DNA from: Callorhinchus milii | Taxonomy: Eukaryota | DNA: 64,000 bases | Assembly (NCBI RefSeq): GCF_018977255.1 | Contig: NW_024704843.1 | Coordinates: 62,001-126,000 of the forward strand | Reading direction: 5' to 3' | Shown here: piece after piece, positions 25,620-37,229 of the stretch | Layout: every line of letters begins with the position of its first letter | Position numbering within the stretch: position 1 is the first letter of the stretch | The notes under the pieces: model-generated | The model's input: the letters and a program-made list of their open reading frames with translations, nothing else | Database searches by the model: none | Told to the model about the DNA's origin: nothing | Program-made: the position numbers and the translations under genes

Positions 25620-27570
25620 TCAAGAGCGTGGAAGAAAGAAACTTGCCCAATATTTTGCTCTGCTCGGAATCCAATCTGGGACCTCGCGCTTGTGAGGCAA
25701 GTGCTTCAACCACTGAGCTTCAGGAATCCACGGATCTAAAACTGGGACTTTTGTGCTGATCAGAGATTGCCTGTGTGACGGAACACTGGACCAGAGAGAA
25801 TTACAAATCTAAATAGTGCAATTCCTCGATCAGCAAAGAAGCCGAGATCGTCACATTACTTTTAGACAAGGTGGTGGGTTCAAGTTGGGATCTGACATAA
25901 CAGCGATGACTGGTTCTCTGTGTAATCAAACCGAGTCCTCTCTCCCGTGTCAGGTGGACTTTAAATAATGTGTGCCACCACTTGTAAAAGGAGAACATTT
26001 TTTCCAATTTACTGGGTAATAATCCATGTGTTGATTGGAAAATCATCTTAAGAGAGACAGGTAGCAAAATAAAGAGTGTCTGATCAGAATCCCTATTACA
26101 ATCTGCTCACAGTTACTGTCAGCTGCCAGGATTCAGAAGTTGATAATCCTTGCAATTGAAGTAATAGCCTCTCACGACTTCGAGGCATCTCAAAGTGCTT
26201 CACGGATAATACTATGGCTTTAATTGACTGCATTTTGTTGTAGAAACGAGGCAACACATTGCACTTTGCAAAGTTCAACAAACAATTGTGAGTTCACTGA
26301 CCAAATTATTATTATTTGTAAAGAGATTAACAACCCAAGAATAGTGACCTGCTAACGGAATTACAACCGGTTTCCTTCTTACCTTGGTAAACAGGTTGGT
26401 GGAGTAAGGATATGTGAGTTGGAGAAGTGTACCACTGATATCCCTTCTAATTGAAACTTCACATCACATTTTTTCTTGTCAGTTTTTTGCACTTCAATTT
26501 CTTCTTCCCTCGTCCCGAAGGACTGTCCCTGCATTTCACTTGGCTGAGATTCCATCAGCAGCTCTCGCCATTCGGCTTCTCACTCAAGTGATGGTTTCAT
26601 GACTGGCGTGAACGCATCAATATACACAATAAAACATTCAAACTCATTACATTAGTTAATCACCAATCATTGTTTTGAACTCAGTAAATATGGGGAACAA
26701 ATATAATAAAGAATACTTCTAGAAGTGTGCTTCGAGCTGAATTTCTATAAGTTTTCCATGAGACCAAAGAAAAATGTTGTCAGCAGAAACCAAAAGAGGC
26801 CTCGTCTAAAGCAGTTTAGCAAAGGAGGCTTCGTCTTACGTAGTCCGCTCACAAATGAACGGTCAATTAACTTAACAACATATTCCCTGAAACGCTTACC
26901 GACGTCTAGAAGAGTTGAAAAGCGCTACATCAAAAGCAAGGATTATCATTATTATTATTGTAGGAGAAAAGAGAGAAATAGTATGAGTAAGAAAAAGTAC
27001 ATTGGGATTTTTTTAAGATCATAGCCGGTCTTTACCTCAAGTCAAAATAACCGCCTTTGCCACTGATCGCTTAATACAATCAATATCAAATATTTTCCAT
27101 CACAATCTTAAAAATATGACGGGATCCAACGTCCACAGACATTTGAAAGCGAGATTTCCAGATAAACACGACATTTTTTGCTTTGCTTTTCACTCCTAAA
27201 TGACCTTGCTGATATTTCAGATTATGCCACTTGTTCGGGATTCTTCCAACATATGAAACAACATAAATTTTTGGCCATAAAATGCACATTCACTCCACTG
27301 TGCAATATATTCTCTAAAACACTTTGCGACCTTTTAATTACTGAAGAAGGCACGATATGAATCGCAAGGGTTATAATAATAATAATAATAATAATAATCC
27401 TTGCATTTGATATAGCGCTTTTCGCGTCGGGAGGACGTCCCAAAGCGCTTCACAGAATATACTGTAAAGTGAATTGACTGTATATTTGTGGGCAAACGCG
27501 GCAGCCAATTGCGCACAGCAATGTCCCACAAACAGTCGTGGATTGAAAATGACCAATTTATTATTGTTTA
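25620..27570. mobile_element. Cluster of SINE fragments: head ~25620-25732 (-), diverged SINE ~26140-26295 (-), 3' piece ~26870-26960 (+), 5'-truncated copy 27372-27570 (-)
   Basis: Local similarity to the 13186-13497 copy; (AAT)n tail at 27372-27397. Confidence 0.7.
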
Positions 27571-27974
27571 ATAATATTTCATGAATAATGATTATTTTTG
27601 TTATAATAAGAGCATATTACACATAATGCACCTATAATATTCCAAATAACATACTAAGTTGCCCGATATTATTTCCGAAAAGTAATACCTAATTTGCTTT
27701 TAAAATAATGAATAATTTCTTCTTAAACCATCATCTCAGGGAGCGTGTTCCAAATACTTATTACTAACTGTCTGAAATAGTGTTTCCGCAGATATGCTTT
27801 GAATTGACCCCAAAACACACATTCTGACAAATACATGGAATGAAGCAATTGAAGATGATTCAGAGTCAGCGCTATGTCTCATACGATTCAGACATACATT
27901 AATATTGATTTGCTGTAAATGCAGAATATACAGTTAATATTATTGATTATTGATCTGTGCAGGTCAGAAGGAAT

Positions 27975-28050
27975 GTGACACGTCACTCCCCTCAGTCCTG
28001 GAGCTATTGGTCGATTCTCAAACCCCTGCCCCAGTGGCCCGCGTTAAATA
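27975..28050 (+). promoter_or_regulatory. Candidate VH promoter: GTGAC-AC-GTCAC inverted repeat (CRE-like), inverted CCAAT, TTAAATA
   Basis: Motifs at 27975-27986, 28006-28010 and 28044-28050, within 170 nt of the leader ATG. No ATGCAAAT octamer seen in this interval. Confidence 0.4.
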
Positions 28051-28141
28051 GCGGTCACTGGGGACTGAGTCCATCTGTCCGGCTGATCTCTGGCCCTCGG
28101 TTATTCGGCACAAGTTTCAGTTATGACAAGTTCCGAGAAAC

Positions 28142-28190
28142 ATGAGGTCCCTGATTTCTCTCAGTCTGCTGCTGGCTGTCTTCTTCTCCT
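28142..28190 (+). CDS. IGHV: IgH V leader exon (MRSLISLSLLLAVFFS + T)
   Basis: Hydrophobic signal peptide, GTAAGT donor at 28191, 116-nt intron, TTACAG acceptor. Confidence 0.92.
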
Positions 28191-28306
28191 GTAAGTGCTA
28201 TTATTCTGACATTGTCTCTGTTTCTCTGTCGGTGTTATTTTCTCTGCAGTGTCACAGAGACAGGAGATTTCACCATCATTCACCTTCGGTCCTTTATTCC
28301 TTACAG

Positions 28307-28618
28307 GTGTCCAGGCCGGTGAGGTGCTGACACAGCCGCCGACTCTCACCGGTAAAACCGGCCAGTCCCTGAGACTGACCTGCAGAACCAGCGGATTTAA
28401 TTACAACAGCTACTACTACTGTATGTACTGGTACCGGCAGCTTCCCGGGAAGCAGCGGGAAAAGCTCCTCACTTCTGACAAACACTCCAGCAACAGTTTC
28501 GAGTCCGGGGTTGGAAACCGCGTCACTGTCGTCAGAGAGAATTCCAATAACATCTTCGATCTGATCATCAAAAGCCCGAGAGTGGAGGACACCGCGACCT
28601 ACTACTGTGCAGCGGAGT
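28307..28618 (+). CDS. IGHV: IgH V exon, IgM-VH-derived with VHH-like FR2, unrearranged
   Basis: CVQA|GEVLTQPPTLTGKTGQSLRLTCRTSGFNYNSYYYCMYWYRQLPGKQREKLL...EDTATYYCAAES. Canonical Cys/Trp/YYC present; open frame. Confidence 0.95.
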
Positions 28619-28657
28619 CACAATGAGAGGAAACTGGGCTGAACTCCTACAAATACA
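28619..28657 (+). other. V 23-RSS: CACAATG - 23 nt - ACAAATACA
   Basis: Heptamer 28619-28625, spacer 28626-28648, nonamer 28649-28657. Confidence 0.93.
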
Positions 28658-29071
28658 CAGGGGGAGGAAAGGCAGCCCCTCCCATCCTAAACTGACTGAT
28701 GGACATCCATGTGGTCAATGCTGTATCTGCAGCCAAGTTTAAAGGAAAAGCTGAAAATGGATTTACTCTCACACTAAATCTTCACAGTGAATCGTTGTTT
28801 GATTGGGGTGAATGAATTCCTTATTTGTGCTGCATTATTCTGTGATTTCAGATGGTCAGTGACACTGTGCTGTTGAGGCGGGAAGGATTGCGATTGGAGA
28901 CTGACTATGTTACGGTTCACAATCATCCTTTTGTTACAAAGTGTTGGAAATAATTGCTTTCTGTGTCTGTGGATATCAAAACATTACTCTGTATCCTCTG
29001 TGTCATGTCAGAGGAGAATAGTCCTTTCAAGTGAATTTTGTCTGTCAGTGTGGAGCAAACATTGGGGGATC

Positions 29072-29149
29072 AGTATTTGTATGAGACTGTATCACTGTGT
29101 GAACTGTGGGTCACAATGCTACACACAGTTACCTCCTCATACAAAAATC
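29072..29149 (+). other. IgH D1 segment TGAACTGTGGGT (29100-29111) with 12-RSS and 22-RSS
   Basis: AGTATTTGT-12-CACTGTG | D | CACAATG-22-ACAAAAATC. A 12/22 D1 is the known arrangement in chondrichthyan IgM clusters. Confidence 0.92.
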
Positions 29150-29463
29150 CTAGAGAGAAAAATTGATAATCCCTGTCATCACTACAACATCCACAGCTCC
29201 CATATTAGTGCTACCGAACGTAGGTCACTCTCGGAAATAACCTGGTGTTTTAACAATTTAATTAAGGTTAATTTATATTACAGGACGATATTAAACAAGA
29301 ATGAGTTCTGCTGAGCTGCTTTAACACGAAACCAAATTCTCTGATGAACATAAGAATTTATTTTGACTTAAACATCACACGGGGCCTCACGAGAGAATAT
29401 GAACTGAGATCCAGTTCTTATCTCAAATTCCAAGTCAATGTTTGTTAGTCCGTCTTGTGCAGG

Positions 29464-29532
29464 AGTTTTTGTCATGTTGTGTATCACTGTGTATGTACCT
29501 GGACCACAGCATTAACTGCCAATACAAAAACC
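29464..29532 (+). other. IgH D2 segment TATGTACCTGGAC (29492-29504) with 12/12 RSS
   Basis: AGTTTTTGT-12-CACTGTG | D | CACAGCA-12-ACAAAAACC. Confidence 0.92.
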
Positions 29533-29869
29533 CTTCAACAACAAACCAGCTAATCTCTCTCACTACTCGCTTGTGTAGCACCCACTGAAATTGCGGGGAT
29601 TTGGTATTTCTAATATGTTGCTACACCCCGAGGATTTCACGAGATTTTAAACGACATAAAACATCGGATTTATTCTTCAATCTGTTGGTGAGAAGAAACC
29701 TGGTTTGGCACGAACACAGCAAACTGACAAAGACACAAACATTTAAAAGGTAAACACAGCGCCGGGCAATTGTTTTCAGAACATGACAGACACATATCGT
29801 GACCTATGTGTGTGTTGGAGAAACCAACATTTACAGTAATATTGTGTTTGTGTGCTCTGCCCACACAGC

Positions 29870-29890
29870 AGTTTTTGCAGTGAACAGCCC
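29870..29890 (+). other. Orphaned nonamer (AGTTTTTGC) plus first 12 spacer nt of the J 23-RSS
   Basis: Immediately abuts the (CAA)n tail of the inserted LINE; the rest of the spacer is at 31783-31793. Confidence 0.85.
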
Positions 29891-31777
29891 AACAACAACA
29901 GCAACAAGATTCCATTTATAAAGCGCCTTTCACGTCAGGAGGACGTCCCAAGGCGCTGCACAGTTGGGTCATGACCCGAGCAGGGGGGAAATGGTCAGGG
30001 GAGGGGAGAGAGCGAGGAGGGTGGAAATGGTCAGGGGAGGGAAGGGAGGGAGCGAGGAGGGGGGAGATAGTCGAGAGGGGAGCTGAAGGCACGGTCAAAG
30101 AGAAAGGTTTTGAGACCGGCCTTGAAGGAGGAAAGGGGGGAAGCAAGGCGAAGGCACTGGGGGATGGAGTTCCAGAGCCTGGCGGCTGAGAGGCTGAAGG
30201 CCCGACCACCGATGGTAGGGCTGTTGGGGCGGGGGACGTGGAGCAGACCGGAGCCAGAGGAACGGAGGGTACGGGCAGGTAGGTAGGGGGATAGTAGGTT
30301 GGAGAGGTAGGAGGGAGCAAGGCCGTGAATGGCCTTGTAGGTGAGGATGAGGATCTTGAAATCAATCCTCTGGGGGATGGGGAGCCAGTGGAGGCGAGCG
30401 AGGGTGGGAGTGATGTGGTCCCGAAGCCTAGTGCGGGACAGTACACGAGCTGCAGAGTTCTGAATGACCTGCAGCTTGTGGAGGGAGGTGGCGGGAAGGC
30501 CGGCGAGAAGAGAGTTCCCATAGTCCAGCCTTGAGGTGACAAAGGCGTGAACCAGGGTTTCAGCAGCGTGAGGGGTGAGGTAGTGCCGTAATCTGGCGAT
30601 GTTCCGGAGGTGATGGAAGGCGGTGCCATTTGTGGTGCGGATGTGAGGGAGAAAGGACAGCTCAGGGTCGAACAAAACGCCGAGGTTCCTGATTGGCTTT
30701 GCGAGGTGGAGAGTGCAGCCTTGGATGCTGATGGTGTCAGCGCCTGAGGTGCGGAGGCGCTGACGTGAGCCAATCAGGAGGGCCTCGGTTTTTNGCACGT
30801 TGAGCTGAAGAAAGTTGTCTCTCGTCCAGGACTCGATGTCGGACAGGCAGCTGTCAGGACATCGGGGGTCGTGGAGTTGAGAGTAGAGGAGGAAAGGTAG
30901 AGTTGGGTGTCATCCGCATACATGTGGAAGTTAACCCCATGTCTGCGGATGATGTCACCAAGGGGGAGCATATAGAGGGTGAAGAGGAGGGGACCAAGGA
31001 CAGAGCCCTGAGGGACACCACGTGAGACAGTGCGGGAGGTGGAGGAGAAGCCATTCGTCGAGACAAAATGAAGACGGTGAGAAAGGTACGACCTAAACCA
31101 TTCAAGGACAGTGCCTTGAAGGTTGAGGTGGGAGGACAAGCGGTGGAGTAGGATAGCGTGGTCGACCGTATCGAATGCTGCCGATAGGTCGAGGAGGACG
31201 AGGAGACAGAGGGAGCCCTGGTCACAGATGGTCAGGATATCATTGGTGACCTTGACCAGGGCAGTTTCTGTGCTATGGGCAGCACGGAAACCTGACTGAA
31301 GGGGTTCAAAAAGAGAATGGGTGGAAAGGAAAGAGCGCAGTTGGGAGGCGACAACACTTTCCAAGACTTGGAAGGGTCTTGTGGGAGGGAAGGGGTGGGT
31401 GGTGGGTGGAAGTTGGAGGGGAAGTGACCGCGGAGCGGATTCCCTTGGATTCAAGGAATTCCAGCATCTCCTCGCAGTGAAGGTTGGAGGAGATGACCTG
31501 CGCGGGGTGGCGGGGGGGACGGAGGAGTCGGGTTGTGGTGGAAAACAGTAGCCTGGGGTTGTTCTTCGCCTCCAGGATTATCCTGGAGTAGAAGGACGAC
31601 TTGGCCGAGGCTAGAGTGGAGCGGTAAATTTTGAGGAGATCCAGCCAGATTTGTCGGTGGACCGTTAGGCCAGATTTGACACAGGTGCGTTCAGCAGCCC
31701 GCACCTGGCTTTTCAGTGAGCGGAGGTGGGTGGTGTACCAGGGGGAGGAGCGGGAGTAGGAGACAGTGCGGTAAGTG
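29891..31777 (-). mobile_element. L2-clade LINE, 5'-truncated and internally deleted, inserted in the J RSS spacer (candidate TSD AGCCC)
   Basis: RT motifs [29 protein letters not shown] and MYADDTQLY; C-terminal HWLPIPQRIDFKIL. 3' tail (TTG)n at 29891-29907; frameshift near 30850. Confidence 0.95.
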
Positions 31778-31793
31778 AGCCCAGTGACTGTAG

Positions 31794-31854
31794 CACAGTG
31801 CCTGCCGCAGCCTTGACTACTGGGGACAAGGCACAGCGGTGACGGTGACTGACG
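31794..31854 (+). other. IGHJ: IgH J segment (31801-31854: CRSLDYWGQGTAVTVTD + G) with heptamer CACAGTG at 31794-31800
   Basis: WGxG motif; GTAAGA donor at 31855, phase 1. The nonamer position is occupied by LINE sequence (GACAGTGCG). Confidence 0.95.
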
Positions 31855-32269
31855 GTAAGAACAGACACTAACTCACTCACTTCAGTGAACGTGTCTCTTT
31901 ATATATTCGTTTTGTTCACTTTAACAGCTTGTTAATGTAATTAACTCCGTGTTACCGGCTATTTCACACTTTAATCCACCTTGAAAGTATTTATCTGTTA
32001 CTGCTTTCAAAAGCAACTGTTCCATTATGGGTTACTCTCTCAATATTTAGGTAATTGTTGGTGATATTTCTGGTGGTTTGTGAAGATGCAGCAGAGGTCA
32101 ATCTGATGGACTTTCTTATTGCGTTGACTGGCGGCTGCTGGGTTTCGGTGTTTAATTGTGCAAAAGTGTTTGAAACTGTGCCCATGCTTTGGGAATTAGG
32201 GCCAGAAATGTGGTGGGATGAGTGATAGGAATGTTATCTGATCGCTTCCAACAGCAGTTGAGAATAACT

Positions 32270-32590
32270 GTGTGGCGTCCTGTAGCTCAGTGGTTAGAGT
32301 ATTCGCCTTCCAAGCGAGAGACCTGGGTTCTATTCAAGGAAGGACGAAATCTTGGGAAGGTTTCCATTACAATTCCTGACAATAATCCCTCCAAAAAACA
32401 AAACAGTAATATAATAAATTAGTCATTTTCAATCACGACTGTTGGTGGGACACTGCTCTGCGCAATTGGCTGCCGCCTTTCACCCACAAATATGCAATCA
32501 ATTAACCTTACATTCCATTCTGTGAAGTCCTTTGAGACGTCAAAGAGATGCGAAAAACCCGACATCAAATGCAAGGATTATTATTATTAC
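32270..32590 (+). mobile_element. Diverged full-length tRNA-SINE in the J-C intron
   Basis: gtggcgtcctgtagctcagtggttagag head ... aaatgcaaggattattattattac tail. Confidence 0.8.
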
Positions 32591-34659
32591 GTATTTAAAT
32601 CCATTGTTTAATATAAGGAAATTGGTTGCGATTCAGAATGACTCGTATGCGGAGGGGATGACAGTGAGAATAAAGCGGTTTATATTGCAGGGATGTGATT
32701 GAGAATACAGCAGCTCAATCGACACCAATGTTACAGAAATAATAGTGAAGGTCATTATTTTATTATCAGCATTAATGTGTTGCTCACAATCTCATTCCTT
32801 CAGCTGCACCACATACATCGGTCTCGATTTTATTCAGCGACACATTAAGCTCAGACTTCATTTCATTTGATTTTAACAGCGATTGAGTGAACAGGACCTC
32901 GATTCCTCACAGTGTTCGGAGACACAAGGGGTCGTTGTTGATCTGTAACCATCAACTTCCTTTTTTACAATAAATGTTGCGCAGAAAAACACAGATATGT
33001 TCAATAAACACATGGTAAAAGTTTGCACAGCAGGCTGCAATGTAACATATCCAGCTGCAGTGCAAGAGCCTGCTGTTCAAACCTTACCATTTGTTCATTG
33101 AGATGTTTAACGCACAGCGACACTGATCAGTGATACCAAACTAATGAATTCAGAGAAGATCATCTCAAACTCCAGAGTCGGCAGAGATGACGGTGAAAGT
33201 GGCCGCTTCTCATTTGACTGTAGATATATAATTTAGTTATTCTGTGTAAGTGTTTGTGCTGCAGGGATTTATGACTGTGAGTTAAATTGCATCATATATA
33301 ATGCTATGTGTGTGATGTGGAAGGATAGTGTGTGAGCTGCTGTGCAGTGAGTGAAACCTTCAGTCTCTCAGAGAGAAAGAGAATATAGAGTAACGTGTGG
33401 GTTAATGAACGGAAACACTTTGTGTTTGAGACGTGAGAGATAGGGTTACGATTGACCCTCAGGCTGTGAGGAGACTGTGTTGTGCTGAAGTGTAAATTCC
33501 CGCAGAATTATGGATAATCGTCAAATTCGGTTTGATTTCTGAAAGAGGTTGACTCGAGTTCTGAAGAGGAACCGGTACTCTAAATTATAAGTAAATTTAA
33601 GATTATTACACACTTCCGCAAAATCTTAAATTAGAGATATAATGATCTCTCGTTGTTTATTAATAGTTGTTTATTGGGATCTCAGATGTGAACAAAATTT
33701 ATTGATCAATGACGATAAAATGGTCGTGGGTGCAGGAAAGAGGAAACAGATGCACATTTACCAGCAACAGTTTTGCAAAGTATTCTGCGCAGCGCTTTGC
33801 GAATTCTCGAAGATGTAATCAGGCGCTAAATGAAAGGCAAATAATATGATTATTTTATTCCGAAATATGAAAGTAAACGTGTTTTGCTGCTGCAATGCAA
33901 TGCAGCGCCATTGACAACAAATCCCAAGACAGCGACGTCTCTTTTTATTTAAACTTTTCGGTGCAGCTGTGTGACACAATTACTCGTAAATGTGGTTATT
34001 TCTGCGTCTGTATTTAGCGCTGTGCAGCAGCTGTTGCAGGTTCCGTAGGTCACATTCACCAATCAGACAGGATTCCCTGTGAGAGACTTGTGTTGAGCAC
34101 AACACTGATTAGAGTCCTTCATTCCTCATGTGAACACTGAATCTGCCCATTATATGATCTCTGCAGTTGTGTTGACAAAAGATTTAATAGGGACCAAAAT
34201 TCTTCAACAGTCAAACAAATATTTTCCGCCCTGAAATTATTCGGTCTATTCATCTCACAGTTTAGTCTGTAAAACGCTTTGAGATGTCTCGAAAATGTGA
34301 TAAGACACTATATCAAATGGATGAACTATTGCACAACAATGTAAGATGATCCACAGGTCTGAATATCATTCGATAGATATTTTTTGGTGAATCCAGTGGA
34401 CGATTTGGAAATTGAAGCAACATTTGAATTTCAGCTATTTTTTAAAAAATGACACACGACTTTAACTCTTAAAAGAGAGTTAATCGGAATAAGACCAGTG
34501 AACATTTTGGCCTGAAACGATTTCAAATTAACATTATAACCACAGTCTGTCGCTCCGTGTTTCAAAACTGAAGCTGGTCAGGAGGTGACTTTGAGTTGCT
34601 TCACAGTCGATGCGCAGTCACTGACACCAGGTTCACATACAGATAGCTCTACATTTATA

Positions 34660-34764
34660 TATCTATGTTTATTTATTTATTTATTTATTAATCCATTTAT
34701 CTATTTATCTATTAATCCATTTATCTATTAATTTATTAATTTATTCATTTGTTCATTTGTTCAT
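34660..34764. repeat. (TATT)/(CATT) microsatellite flanking the 34765-34970 gap
   Basis: Direct reading. Confidence 0.85.
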
Positions 34765-35569
34765 NNNNNNNNNNNNNNNNNNNNNNNNNNNNNNNNNNNN
34801 NNNNNNNNNNNNNNNNNNNNNNNNNNNNNNNNNNNNNNNNNNNNNNNNNNNNNNNNNNNNNNNNNNNNNNNNNNNNNNNNNNNNNNNNNNNNNNNNNNNN
34901 NNNNNNNNNNNNNNNNNNNNNNNNNNNNNNNNNNNNNNNNNNNNNNNNNNNNNNNNNNNNNNNNNNNNNNAGGCAGACAGTCAGGCAGATAAACACACAC
35001 ACAGAGAGGGGGAAAGGAAGTCGATGCTCTGCTGTGTAAATTAGCAATTTCTCTCTCATACAAAAGTCACACTTGAGCCAACATTATTGGGATACTAAAT
35101 TTAAACTGGCAATTTTTTTAACGTTGGAGCCAATTCAGGAGCTGCTCTACAAAGCGCACCCCTCACCGCGCGCTACAAGTGCACAGTGCAGCTCTGGCCA
35201 TACAAACGGTGATAAAGATTACAAATATATGAAGGCTACATTTCTCCTTAAACCGTTATGTATGAAAACCTTGGTCTCAGCACAAACTCCAGCTGGGATG
35301 CTTTGCTGGAACAAGTACGCACACAGACATGAACACACCAATAAAATAATAATCATTGCATTAGCTACAGTGCCTCTCACGGCGGAGATAGGCCACAAAG
35401 CGCATCACAGGATTGAATGTAAAGTGCGTTGACTGAATTTTGTGGCCAAAACGCCAACAGTCCGTTTCGCAAAGCAAATCCCCACAAACAGGCGTAGAGA
35501 GTTTGGCCGATTTTATTTGGGGGGATTGTTGACGAGGGCGCGGAAAACAGAAAGAGACGGAAAGACATA

Positions 35570-35760
35570 GTTAGAGAGAAAGAGAGAGAGAGAAAGTGTA
35601 TGCGTGAGTGTGTGGGGGGGGGGGGGGGGGAGAGAGAGAGAGACAGAGAGAGTGTGAGAGAGAGAGAAATTGCCATCTGTTTTCCAATACGTCATGGGAT
35701 CTTCATGCATACACACACACACACACACAAACACACACAAACACACACACACACAAACAG
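35570..35760. repeat. (GA)n, G-run (~35614-35630) and (CA)n microsatellite cluster
   Basis: Direct reading. Confidence 0.85.
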
Positions 35761-36174
35761 CCATACAGACAGGACCTTAATGGCCTAATGCTGTTGCCTT
35801 CATTTCCCGAGAGCTGCTTTTCTCGGAGATAAAGTGCAGATATGAACGGAATAGGAATCATTTCACGCGGTTCAGTTCGAAAGGAGAAGACCTAACGATT
35901 CTCCGTGACAAACAGGGAAAGGGGAATTGAAGAGTTGCCAACTCCAAGCTCAGCTTAGAGTTCAATGCAAAGTATCAGATAACACGATTGAGGAGATTGC
36001 AATGTTTATTTTTCTAAAGATCAATTTGAACTGGGAAGGTTGAAAGAGATAAGTGATTGAGAGGGAAGTATCCACATCATGGTTGAGATCAATGTCTGTT
36101 TTCATATAAATACCAATTACACCTAACGCAATTTTTTTTCAACGTAACATAACTTATTATTCAATGTATTTCAG

Positions 36175-36504
36175 GGAATGTACAACCGAAACCATTGCCC
36201 CCAGTTGTGTTCCTCACACAGCCTTCCCCTGGAGACATCAAAATACACAACCAGGCCACTGCTGTCTGCTCAATAAACAGCTTCCGTCCGGACAAACTCA
36301 GTGTGAAATGGCTGAAAGACTGGGAACCCATCACCTCAGGTGTTGTGACCTCTCCCTCGGCTAAAGAGGACAACGGGACATTCAGCAGCAGCAGCCGCCT
36401 GACGGTCCCCGCCAGAGAGTGGAGCACTGGCGCGGTTTACACCTGCCAGGTGTCCCATGAACCCACCCAGACCATCATTGTCAAGAACATCACCACCCCA
36501 ACAG
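36175..36504 (+). CDS. IGHM: First constant exon, Cmu2-like (C2a)
   Basis: TTTCAG acceptor; GNVQPKPLPPVVFLTQPS...ATAVCSINSFRPDKLSVKWLKD...SRLTVPAREW...VYTCQVSHE...KNITTPT; GTAGG donor; 330 nt, phase 1/1. The motifs match shark Cmu2, not Cmu1. Confidence 0.92.
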
Positions 36505-36584
36505 GTAGGAGGAACAGCAGCAGCTGGTACACATGGCAGCAACGTGGCTCTCAGTGTCCTTTGACATTTACACCGGAGGCCTGT

Positions 36585-36870
36585 AGCTCAGTGGTTAGAG
36601 CCCTGGCGTTGCAAGCGACAGACGTGGATTCGTTTCCCAGACAGAGCAAGATGTTGGGCACTTTTTTTACATCACTCGCCTCTGCTTATCCAGCAGTAAG
36701 TCGGGACCGGGTTGTCAGTGAGTTGGTGTATCTCCTGGGCGCCAATGGCTGCCTCGTTTCACCCACAGAGAAAAATTAGTTGACACGACAGCATTGCCTG
36801 TAAAGCACTTGGAGACGTCCCGAGGAATTGATGAGGCACTATATGGAACGCAGCGATAACTATAATCATT
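36585..36870 (+). mobile_element. tRNA-derived SINE (different body) between the two Cmu2-like exons
   Basis: ggcctgtagctcagtggttagag head; L2-like 3' end gcctgtaaagcacttggagacgtcccgagg. Confidence 0.7.
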
Positions 36871-37229
36871 AACTTTAAGGGTAGAACAATCAGCATCGTA
36901 GACATGGGCATCTCAGTTTTCTTCTCCAGGATATTTGAACACTGCCATCACAGAAAACCTTCTATGGTCTGATGGTATCACACTCATTTCCCGATTGCTG
37001 ATTTAGTGGAATATATCAGAAGCAATGAATGAGTAGGTCACATAATTTCAATCTTTCTGAAGGAAAAAAAGATTAGATTATCTTGACTAGGAAGATAGAA
37101 AGGTCAATGAGTGAGAAGTGTCCATATTGTGGCTGAGCTCAATGTTTTTTTTCAATATTGGTATAAACTTCACATAGCAATATGTAAGTCCATGGAGCAA
37201 AACATGACCTATCGTTTAATCTATTCCAG

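Noticed and set aside
29916-30773. 285-aa Ser/Pro-rich ORF (also 5490..6140)
   Set aside because: Alternative frames of L2 sequence and low-complexity DNA.
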